Part shown: positions 36,939 through 48,762 of the stretch, in pieces
Position numbering within the stretch: the stretch's first letter is position 1
Layout: each line of letters begins with the position of its first letter
Assembly: GCA_904063045.1 (NCBI GenBank)
Contig: CAJFCJ010000001.1
Coordinates: forward strand, 1,922,001-1,986,000
DNA: 64,000 bases
Direction: 5' to 3'
Source of the DNA: Dimorphilus gyrociliatus
Taxonomy: Eukaryota > Animalia > Annelida
Made by a program: the position numbers and the translations under genes
Notes under the pieces: generated by a model
What the model saw: the letters and a program-made list of their open reading frames with translations, nothing else
The model's database searches: none
Told to the model about the DNA's origin: nothing

Positions 36939-38298
36939 ATGAGTGATAGAGAGGTATTTTATAATTTGGTCTATTGCATATATTATTTAGTTAAGAATTA
37001 GCAAGTATATCACATATTTCACATAACAAGGAAGAACAACATGGACGCGACTCGACAAGTTCACAGATAAAGCTCGTTTTAAAAAACAGAACTGAGTTAT
37101 ATACGCCGCTTTTATATATTTATTGAAATAACTTACTTTCTAAAATCCATTTTATAAACTTGAGAGATCCATTGAATGATTTATAAATTTGTTTTCCTAC
37201 TTTAGAGTCAAGCTTCCAGATCAAGATCTCGTTCGCCTGCTCATGAGCGTGACAGATACAGTAGGAGCCGTTCGTATTCAAGAGGAAGAGAGAGAAGGTT
37301 TGTAATAGTATTTTTTATTAATTGCCCATATGAATATGCTTGAGAACGCCGCTCAAGTTGGAAATAGTGTGAAGATAAATGAGACGAACATTCATAATAG
37401 TTTATGATAGTTTATAAAGTTGCGAACTCTCATTTCTTCTATTTTCCACAGTCGTAGGCGTGACTACTATGACAGTCGAAGATAGTAAGTCATATTCCAA
37501 ACGGAAATAAATAAATTACAATCTGTTCTTTAGTTCCAGGAGCCGCTCCCGCTCCTACTCACCATATTCAAGGGGATACAGACGACGATCACCAGTTCGC
37601 AGACGCCGCAGTAGATCTTTCAGTCCTATGTCAAGTCGCAAACGACACCTAGGAAACAGAGAAAACCCGAAAGCGTCTAGATGTGTAGGAGTCTTCGGAC
37701 TATCCTTATACACTCACGAACGAGACATTCGTCAAATGTTTGAAAAATATGGAGAAATAGAAGATGTCCAATTAGTATATGATCGTCAAACTGGCCGTTC
37801 CAGAGGATTTTGCTTCATTTACTATAAAAATTTGGAGGACTCCATAGAAGTAAGATGTGATAAAATATCTTTGAGTAAACTAAATCGTTATATTCTAGGC
37901 AAAAGAACGAGCAGCAGGTATGGAATTGGATGGGGCTCGCATTAGAGTAGATTTTTCAATTACCGAACGAGCACACACACCGACACCCGGTATTTATTTG
38001 GGAAAACCGTCTCGCAGGTAATAGAATGGCATTTGTACAGTTACTGATTAAAATCGGCATAATGTTATTCAGTGATCATAGAGGAGGATACAGGGATTAC
38101 AGAAGATCCTATAGGCGTACTCCGTCTCCTTACTACCGAAGATCGAGATATTCGAGATCAAGATCTCGAAGCTATTCACCGCGTAAGTTTATGGGACTAA
38201 GTTTTGTTTTTTCAAATGATATATTTTTTCAATTTAAAAAAATCGTGATGAAAATGTATGGTTAAATTCATAAAATTGAATTTTCAGGTCGCTACTAA
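36939..38298 (+). CDS. TRA2: Transformer-2 homolog (RS-RRM-RS splicing factor)
   Basis: MSDRE first exon; RS exons; [16 protein letters not shown]...[10 protein letters not shown]; RNP1 RSRGFCFIY; [22 protein letters not shown]; C-terminus SYSPRRY*. Confidence 0.97.
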
Positions 38299-38661
38299 GT
38301 TTTGAAAGGTTCATTGCTAACATTAGGAGCGGTGTTTAATGTTGGTTGGATACGGCACGATGGGATGAACTGTGTTTGTATCATTTTTGTAGCTCTTATA
38401 TAAACCCACGTAGATTTTTCATAATTATGTTAACCAAGATAAATTCAATAAGTTCGTTTCCAGTAAAGTATCAAATAAAAGTGTATGTGTGTTGTATATG
38501 TTGCACAATCGGCTAATCTAATTTGTTTTACTGTAAGGTAATGAAAATTGAAGATAAATGAAAGAAAAATGAAAGTATATAGAGAAGTTAGAAGGGCTGA
38601 AGTTGGTCTTCTATTAGATCATCTGAAATTGTGTGCGCTTTAACTCAGCCACTTCCAAAAC

Positions 38662-38710
38662 GCGAAAATTTAATAGAAGTGCGAAAATTTAATAGAAGTA
38701 TGAAAATTTC
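38662..38710. repeat. Short tandem repeat, 19-bp unit GCGAAAATTTAATAGAAGT x2 plus a partial copy
   Basis: Two exact copies at 38662-38680 and 38681-38699, followed by ATGAAAATTT. Confidence 0.8.
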
Positions 38711-41700
38711 TCGTAGAAAATCGAAAAAAACTAAAGTAATAGCAAAATAGCTTGCTTGAAGATTTTCCCGAGATCGAAGTTCTAGGCGAATTATTCTGAA
38801 AACTGAAGAGTGGTTAATGATAATAGTAACACGAACACGATAGCGCTGCTTAAATTCATTTTACGCAGGCAGTCTGCGAAATCAGTAGGGTGGTTTGAAG
38901 TAATGTAATTCAAAATAAGAAAGAAGACAGGTACGTATAAGTGAATTGCTTAAAAATCATTCATTTCATGTAGACAACCGCAACGAAATCTGAATGAGTA
39001 TGATTCTATATCCTACAATCAATTATGAGAAGGTTAAGAAGACTTGCGAACTGACAAATTAACTCAATTTATTGGGTAAACATTGCAATTGGATATTTAT
39101 TATATATCAGAAATTGTAATTTGTAAATAAATTCTAATTTCATCACTTGTCTAAAAGAAACTTAAAAGTAACGAAATTAACTGTAATTAGCCAAGATATA
39201 GATTTTACTTTTTTTTTAATTTGCTCAATAGGCAATACAGCTGATAGCCTTCAGATAGGGATTTTAGATATACAATACAAATTAGATATATTGAAATTAG
39301 ACAAACTAAGATATAAAAATAAGAATCTTCTTAATAGTTAAAGCATTCTTTTATCTAATTTTTTTATTTAAAGCTGCAAGAAGCAACAAATGGTAATTGT
39401 GAATTGTATCAAATAGATCTGACTGTCCAATAGGACTTGATTTCTAAACATAACCGAAAGGGTTACATTTAAATAAATTGAATAGAGCGATCGCTGAATT
39501 CCGCCTAAGGTTAATAGATTTCACTGATTGCTATTCATTACGAAGATAAGATAGGGCTTCTCATCCGACTGTGTAATTTATTCTTAAAATTGATTAAAAG
39601 TAAGATAGGTTGATTGAATACAGAAGTGTAATTTTAAACTGGTTGCCACGTATTTCTCAATTTATCTCTCTCTGAAATGCCAACTTGCACTTTCCGTGGC
39701 ATTCTTATTTTGAGACAGGTAAACTATCCAAGGAAATACTGCCAACTGACTACATACACAATAGCAAGAATAAATTCTTACGGACTAGAATTTTCCTTTT
39801 TATGAAATAATTACGTAGAGACAGCAAATCCTATAAAAGGTGTACTATTGAACGAGATATTTTTTATTCCTCTTGAATATAATATCTTTTATATATAGTA
39901 ATAATATTAGTTGAATAAATACCTCGAAATGTATAAGTTTTTTTAAAGCAACTAGCGAATAGTATTCTGCTATTGATTTTTCCTACCTCAGGTAGAACAC
40001 ATATATCAAACTTTTAATTAAATTCTATCAATAGTTGCCCCTTTAAAACTATTATCTTTCAACAAAAACCGGTTACGTATGCGTTCGTCAATCTAGCTTT
40101 GATTGCCTCTATAAACGAGAAATCCACCGTGGCGTCTTAAAATATACTAACAATGAAAGCGTAGAAGTGAAGCGAGTCAGGGGGCGTGGGTAAAGGGTTT
40201 TATATTTAAGTCATTTGGCACGAAAGCTCGTGGTATAAAAAGGCCACCTTATGATTCAAGAACGGCGTCTGTAATTGATTAAGTAGTAAATTACCTGTCA
40301 TAGATCATCAGAGCGCCATCTCACGAACTGCGTCGCATTCCTTAGTAAGTATAGCGGAAGACTTTATTATAGTTCCTATGGAGAGTGGGCGTAATGAAAA
40401 GAATGTAACGAAATAGTAACTAAATAAATAGAGCTGAAGAATGCGTTTTATCCGAAAAGGGCAAGAGCCGTGAGAATGGAAAATGTACGACTCCCGCATA
40501 TGTCAAGATATTTTTCAATTAAAAGAATGAACATGAACCTAGCACCTGGTATTTACTCGAAGAAGTAGTCTCGAAGGTAACTGATAGTATTGTATGTCAT
40601 CGACTGTTTACCAAACTACAAATGCATTATACAACCAGTTGCAATGGTTCTTTATAAAATATATTACAAACTACAGAAAAGAAGAGCACTGTAAAAATAT
40701 CTCTAGTATGTCTAAAGTATATAGAATTTTCGCTCGATTTTTTATCCATCGTTTGTTACCAACGACAAGAATGGATTGAATGTCAACTTACCGATTTCAA
40801 GTTAATTAATTCAATTTATTCTAATTAAATTGATTTACAAATAATAAAAAAGTATGTGATTTGAATATAAAATATTCCATATTGAAATCACGTAGTAGGT
40901 CATACGAAGCCGTAAACTGATTGTTGCTTAGCGTTGCGCGGTTGATTAGTTAGAAAATAAAAGATTTTAATATTATCCGAATTATTTTTTTTTTAAAAAA
41001 AAAGAAAAAAAACATTTAAAAAAACCATTGTATTAATTGGTTTACAACGTTGCTTGTTGTTTTGTTATTCACGCTTTTTTCGACTGTTTTTTTTTTTACT
41101 TTTGTTCTTTTTAAGGAGAGCAATGTATATTGAGCAAATTAGGCATTTACAGATCGAAACGCTGCTCCAAATATACAGATTAGAGCTAATAATTTTGTCA
41201 TGACAAACACAGCACCAGAATACAATCCGTACAATAAGAAAAAAATATATCACAGCAACCAGAATTCGATAGATGGAAACTTAAAAAATGTTTTTGAATA
41301 TTTAGTACAGTAGTAGGCAAGCTCAGGCTATGTTAGGCCCTCGAGATCTTATTTTTAAAGCTCATAACATTATATCTAATAATACAAATTAATGGTTAAA
41401 AAAAAAAGCTGGAAACAAAAAAAAATGTTAATAAAAAATAAATGAAAGTTTATTATTATAAATAAAAGAAAATTTTGCGCGATATGTTGTCATGTAACAA
41501 TATTAAAGGCAGTCAAAAAAATTAGTACAAAATATAAGGCGTCACACGTTGTTATGTCAAACGAGTTACTATCAAAAAAAAAAGAGAAGAAAACAAACTT
41601 TTAATGCAGATTAAACAAAAAAAAAAAAGAAAAAATATGCTTACCAATTAAGTATGAAACGTTTTTAAGAAAAACAAAATTACTACTAACGATTATGCAT

Positions 41701-42676
41701 AATTAGGCTTGTGTAAGCATAATAATAACGTGAAGAGAGAGAGATTCTACACAACAAATCTCAAAAACTAAGAGTAAGCAAGAATGAGTAGAAAAGTGAC
41801 GTTTTCGATTATTATGTCAAAAAAGTTTTTTTTTCATTTATAAATGATATATAACTATTTTTCTTATAAAAATTTATACAAATATATATATATATATATA
41901 TGTACAGTATATGTAGATGAATGTAAGTATATACATCTATCCACAATTGTCTTTTTGCATCAACATGCAATGTACATACAAATATTCCTTTTTTAAATTA
42001 TTTTCTATGCGAAAACGTCTCCGTAGTAATTTTTTTCGTATATAAAAAAAAGAATACTACAAATGTAAGAAAATATTAGGCACTTTTTTTTTTGTTTAGA
42101 CACCATAGAGATAATTGCATAGTCTTCAAGGAAATTTTCTTCCGTCTTCATTATTTGTTAACATCGAGCTGCTATGAAGAGAATAACAGGCAATTAGAGC
42201 TTGTTAATTAGCTACGAATAAACTCTCCATTCACATTATCGCCGGGCAATTAATAAATGTTATATTAAAAAGAATGTTAGATAGCAAGTAATGTGAACGA
42301 AGCGTCAACTATTTTACATAAGATCGTTAATAGTTTTTTTTTCTTTTTGATTACGTACGCTAATAATTAGGCGTTAAGAAAGAATCAGTACAAGTACAGG
42401 CACACACACTCAACATTCAAACATCATATCAGCTATATAACATACCCAACATAAGTTTTGCGATAAAATTCATACACATTCTCCTTGTGTATTCGTATAA
42501 TTTATATAAAAGTAAAAGAAAAGAGCAGAAAAATTTATATATGTAATATACAGTTTCAAATGTCCTTTCCTTACTTCTCTGCTATAAGCTGTCTTTAATT
42601 AATAATTTTGTATTTATCAAATACAAGACATGTACGGTATAACATGAACATGTATAAAACGAGATTCAACAATATG

Positions 42677-42726
42677 ATATATATATATATAAAGGATATA
42701 TATATATATAGATATATATATATATA
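42677..42726. repeat. (AT)n microsatellite cluster
   Basis: Interrupted AT dinucleotide runs. Similar runs occur at ~41882-41900, 43019-43042, 45803-45878, 47035-47054 and 55655-55700. Confidence 0.9.
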
Positions 42727-43359
42727 AATTGAGATTTCTATATATAAAAAAATTTACATTTGTCCTTGTTTTTCCTTTTTAAATAAAAAAAATTCATTAT
42801 TTGCCTTCCTCATTTAAATATTTCTTCTTTCTATAAGCCAAACGCAAGAAAAAGAAAACTATTTAGGGTCTTTCTAAAAGTTTCTATGGCCCCAAACTAC
42901 AAGTTAATTTCTTTTTCCTTTGTTCCTGCCTCTTCAATACATACATATACATATATATGTTTTTTTTATAAATTATTTGTCTCTCCTTAATAGTTTTAAA
43001 TTATTTCTTGTCTATAAACATATATATATATATATATATATATTTGTACATACTGTTATAAACTTATACATACAGACAAATATGCGTGTGTGTATAGTTT
43101 CTCAGTTCATTATTGCACGAAACTGTAATCAGCTTATAAATTTAACAACATTCTAGAAAAAAATATAACATTTATAACGATGAACTATCACAATAACCTG
43201 AGCAAATATCAACATAAAAACAATGATAAAAATATTAACGATATGTTTTAATTGTCCTTTTTTTTTTAAAAAACTATTAACTAAAGTTAATTGCGTACGT
43301 AATTAGAAAAAGGAAGAGAATGAGTGTTACCAACCTAGTTTGAAACAGCGAGCCCAGCA

Positions 43360-45844
43360 TTACATAGTAACTTTGTTATAAGGATGAGCCCTGGCATTTG
43401 CTACTCTTCTCTCGTTTCTAATTGCATTGCCACCTTTTAAAGTTAGAAACATTAGTTTAATACAATTATAGCTAAGCGATATGAATTTACAAATGTAACA
43501 TTTTGAAACCGAAATAACTATTTCATTAGCGGGGTTTTCGTATTTTTTCTTCGAGATAACCTGAAAACCTTGGTGGTTATTCGATTTCAGAATGATTAAT
43601 GAATAAAGAGTAATTAGTATTAGTCGTACTTGTAAGATATCCTTCTAAAGCATTAGATATTTACATGGCAAGACACAAGTTTGGCAGCATACGTATAAAA
43701 AGATAAAATGAGCAAAGAATTGTGCAATTTCAGGAAAATTTGGTTTTTTTAATGGGTTTTTGGTTTTGTTTTGCCAAGTTAGAAATATGTTAAAAACATA
43801 GAATTAATATATAAAAAAAAAAGATAATTTTTCACGAATAATTTTATGGCATGGAATGATTGCACATTCAATTTTTTTTTTGTTTGTTTCTTAGCTTGTG
43901 TCAATCCTTTAATGAACATACGGTGACATACCATCGACTTGTAGTTGAGCAATATCAATTAAAGCCGTTGATTGCGGTGTTGCTGTTCCCCCATATGTTG
44001 GATCTATATTCAAATAGGTACCAGGATACAAAAGGGCAGAAGCAGCATCAGTCGGCGACATCAACGGCGGTGGTGCATTTGGCGATACTAGACCACCGGT
44101 AGAAAGAGTAGTAGCTGGATATCTTGGTGGTGAGATTAGCAACTGCGGTTGAGCGGTCGCACGTAAGTGAGGAAATGACAAACCAGGTCGTAGAAAAGGT
44201 TCTGTAAATCAGCAATGCAAAGAGGTTAAAATTTAAATAAAAGGAAAACAAGAGAAAATGTGATATTAAAAAAAAAAATATACTAAAAAATAGATTTTCT
44301 AAACTAACAAAGCTGGAGGGGGAAGAGGGCTGAGGATAGAAACGCCTACTGATCAAGCTTAAAAATTTAATGATTCCTTTAATATGATAAACAATAGGTG
44401 TTTAAAGCGGATCGTGCAAGCGCTATTACTTAAAAATGAATGTAAAAAGAAGCCCTCAAAGACCCCAAAAACATAATATAATTAAAACATTGAAATCACA
44501 GCAAGCGAAAAAAATAGCACAGAAATTTTGAACCAAAATGCGATATGTGATGCTCAACCATGCACCACTCACGTTGAAGAAGAGCGGCAGCTGGCGGTGA
44601 CACTTTACCGCCAGTAGTATCCCTATATGTTCCGTTGATTATAGCCAATTCCATAAGCTGTCTCTTCTTTAAATCGTCTTCGCCATTTGCCTGTTAGGGA
44701 CAGGTTCCAACACCGTCAATATTTAAGCGTTAAATTTTTTAGCAATGCGCTCAGTTATAAACATAAATATTATGATGATTAAAAAAAAACAATACAAAAA
44801 AATAAAACAACCGTCCGAATTATTATTACGCACAACATTTACTGCACAAAAGTTAGTTAAGGCAACTTTTATTGATAGGTTAGGGTGCGTTATTTGTTTT
44901 TTAAACACTGTCGTCTTACGTTGAGCGGCTGCTGCAGCTGCTGCTTGAAGAATAGCTTTTTGACGTTCCTGGGCGCCGTAAGTTCCGTTAATAATGGCTA
45001 ACTCCATCAATTGCATTTTCTTCAGATCGTCTTCTCCTTCGGGCTGCAATCGATCAGTACCGCAATACAGATTAAAAACAACCATGCCTCTCATTCAGCT
45101 AAAATGACAATCATGCGACCGATACTCGTTTGTTCAAACTTATCAAATACTACTTTTATAAAATTCAATCATCATGCAACTCGCAATTATAATTGTCAAT
45201 TCAAAAAAAAAACAAAATTAGTTTTTTTTTCGCAAGCGCCAACCTACCGATGGTATCAAAAGTTTTTTAACTTCTTCAACAGCTCTAGTTAATTTAACTT
45301 TCGCTCTATTTTCAGTATCTTCCACGGTAATTAAAACGTGAAGCTCTTCGTTCAAATGCTCCCAATTCGGTTTACCGCGATTCATATCCTCCTATATAAG
45401 TTTAAAGAAGAAAAAAGCAAACCAAGTATTAGACACAATCAAAGATACATGTACAAGCATGAAATTAAACGCGTAGTTAAGAGGCGTGTTTAAAAAACGG
45501 CTTGTAGCGGATTAACAATTGTTAAATTCAACCGGTATTATATGCATTAAGGTTTTCAATATTGTTTTTAGAATGATAATTGGTCAAGGGGAGTATTGGT
45601 TTAAAGTCTCACGGCATTCGATGTAGTAGATGTTGTCGTTGTTTCCCTTAAACTATTCATAATAATGTTTGCACAGCTCCTAAGTTCTTCTTCCTGCTCG
45701 ATAAATTGCGAAAACACGCACACACGTATTTTAAATAACACAAATCTCAAGGAAAAGGTATTAAAGAAGAAAGTGGTAACAATTTCTAATCTATATATAC
45801 AGTATATATATATATATATAAATTTCCGGCATATTTATATATGC

Positions 45845-45880
<36 letters not shown>

Positions 45881-48205
45881 GCATATAAGAATGAACAAAA
45901 CAGTAAGAAAGACTCCTTCTACGAGGCTCATGCTAAATAACAAATAAATTAAAAGCATACCTTCTGCTTATCTCTCATAGAACCTTTCCCTCTGACCATT
46001 ATTTTGCATCCTGTGTCTTGTTCTAGCTGTTTTGCTGTCATGCCTCTTGGACCGAGTATTCTTCCAACAAAATTGAACTGAAAAATAAGTAAAAGGTTCA
46101 TAGCTTTTAGTAACAGAGTCGAGAGTCAATCCGCGTAAATTGCATGCATTTATTTAATTGGCGCTCAATGTTCGATACGGCTTTACAAAATGAAAAAAAA
46201 GGGCTGTCGCTTTCCTTACTGTATACCACGTGATTAATTTAACGAAATTGCACAGTGGCATGGAATTCCACGAAGGCAGAGGAAGATGTTTTTTTTCCGT
46301 ATTGAGCAAAGAGAAGAAGGGAAAGAAAGGATGTGTTTAGGAAAGAGAAAAAATTGATTTCTCTTGCTCTTTATTTTATAGATACTCTTATATATTCTTA
46401 ACTTTTATTCTTTTTTTCAGGTACAAAAAAAAAACAACCGATTGGCGTCAAAAAAAGAGATTAATGCGATGTCCGATATTGTGCCAATAGCGTTCATTGA
46501 TCGACGAGAAAGAAATAACGTTGCTAAATCTGAACAATAGAAAAGTCGGTTTTATATATAAAAAAAGGCCACCGCACGAAAAAGCGAACCGGTTAGCAAG
46601 ATTAAACAGGCTTTGTGGCGGGCAAATTCAAGAAAGATTACGTTCTATTCAATTCGATCGAATCGTTTATGTAAATTGCAATGTCGATTTGATGAAAGAC
46701 CCCAAGTAAGAAAAAAGTAGTAAAACTTACGTCCGGATATTCTCTTTGCGGTACGAATAGTTTCTCTGTCAGTTGAATAATTTCACCGTCAGCATCTGGA
46801 AGCACCATCGGCTCTTTGTTCGATTGTAGATGAAAGAGGTTGCACCGTACTTTGTATATCTCTATAGGAAGAAAAGAATAGGCATTCAGAAAGAGAAAAA
46901 TAATATGTGTATATATAAATATATATATATATATAGATGGACAGTGTTTGATTTATACGTGTATACTGTATGTAGATAAAGGTTGCTTGGTGTGTTACAT
47001 CTACTATAAGCCAGCGGAATTTTTGAATGAATGGTATATATATATATATATATATTTACATATTAAGTCGTTTATCGTCTCCTTGAAATAAACCTAAGGC
47101 TTTATGCCTCAAAATAAGTTGGATCAATAAATGCCATATTCGATTACCTGCTGCTCAAATTCAGAAACTAAACTTTCGACAAAAGACACTAGCCCATTTA
47201 TCTTTAGTGCCCTTTCACGACCTTATTCTCTGGCACGTAACTTTTTCCTTCATAGTACCCGTCATATAATTAGGTCAGTTTATATAAAAGTACCACGCGC
47301 TGCTTCTTTCAACCAAAACACGCCGTACCCTTTTCTTCTTTTCATTATTAAGCGACTACACGAGACGGCCCGCCCCTACGAAAAAAACCGCGGCCCAGAC
47401 CTCTAGATACTCCTTTGTAATCCATCAAAACCGAGCGAACGAAAAACTTTATTGTATATTGTATACTCGAGGCGGCTATTGTCGTTCGACGCGCATGCCT
47501 TAAGCTAAACGAAGGGGACAATAGGCCAAAAGATCCTATCTCGATACGAGCGGACTACCGCTCTCTCACCAATTTTTTTTTTGTTAATTGTATACGCGGC
47601 CCCGTCGAAATTAAATGCAGATGCGCCCGCTAGAGGATTTTCGACGGTTTCAACTTTCAATATGGCCGAAAGTTTTATGTAGCGTATGCAGGCCGAATGA
47701 GTATTGAAAAAAACCTTTCTTACGTTCTTTCCCCTCATTAAACTCAATAGAACATATTAAAGATTGTATTGCCCCTGGATGAGCAGCCAAACACCGTGTA
47801 AAGTGTTCTATATAGAAAAAATTATTTCCATTTCCTAACAGGCTTTTATAAACACATGCAGACGCACACACACACACACACACAAATACACTCAGAAGTA
47901 TTCGTATAACATTTTTCGACGCAATTTAATAGCCCTAATACTTTGAATTCCGTCCCGCGTCTCCTACTATTAATTTAATGACTAGATAATCTTCAAGTAT
48001 CCTTAAGGAGCGTAATATATTGCTAATATTTAACTATATATATAAACTGACATAAAACACGGAAAAAACTCTTACCTCTGTCCAAAAGTCTTTCGGCATG
48101 CGTAAATACTGCAGGTAAGTTTTGAAATTGTTTCTTATCTTTTAGTAATTGAGCTAAATAATCTGGAGAACTACGATCAGTGGTATTAGTATTTTCAGAG
48201 CTCAT
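43360..48205 (-). CDS. QKI: STAR-family KH RNA-binding protein quaking / held out wings
   Basis: QUA1 [12 protein letters not shown]; [38 protein letters not shown]; [16 protein letters not shown]; QUA2 GEDDLKK(M/R)[12 protein letters not shown] in two alternative exons; Pro-rich exon 44201-43932; terminal exon [11 protein letters not shown]. Confidence 0.97.
47865..47884. repeat. (CA)n microsatellite in QKI intron 1
   Basis: About ten CA units. Confidence 0.9.
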
Positions 48206-48762
48206 TGTTACGGCACAGCAAAACTAAGTTGTCATTAGCGGAGTGAAGTGAACTACATAAGTCTACTGACGGCCGCTAGGTCTGGTTATGTTTACGACAG
48301 GGGTGCCGACTAACAACCAATGGCCAACGAGTTTTGAGTGCGTTAAAAGCTCGATCGATTGGTAGCGCGCTCTTTCTTTTTCTTTTTGTTATTATTTTCT
48401 ATTATTCTCTTCTAATGCTTTTTTCTCCAAGGGTTTTTAGTAAAAAATGGCCATGCTTCCTACCCCTCGACTTAAGAAAATAAATCGACTCGTCCACATC
48501 CATATGCATTTCACCCCTGATGGTAAGGTTTTAGAAAATGGCACTTTGCAATGTTTAGGAGTGGCGTGAAAAGAATGTCTATACTCAATAGAACCGACAA
48601 ACGATAAAGACGCGCAAAGTTGAATTCAATGCATATTTAAGAAAAGCTACTAAGGAACAAGTCTTAGTTTTTAGCATTATAGGGCAAACAAACTGCTCGC
48701 TACTTTGCTCTTTTTCGTATCTCTTGTTGGGGAAAAATTTTCTCTACTCTTGCATCTGTTTG

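Noticed and set aside
37298-37451. Two hairpins with an AGATAA H-box in TRA2 intron 2 (H/ACA snoRNA-like)
   Set aside because: The only ACA is part of the 3' splice site, and no proper pseudouridylation pockets are evident.
40214-40233. miR-96/182-family seed TTTGGCAC in a small hairpin
   Set aside because: Seed only; the stem is far too short for a pre-miRNA.
44153-45122. 10-bp complementarity between QKI intron 4 and exon 6 as a docking/selector pair
   Set aside because: Short, one partner is coding sequence, and it would loop out both twin exons; compatible with chance.
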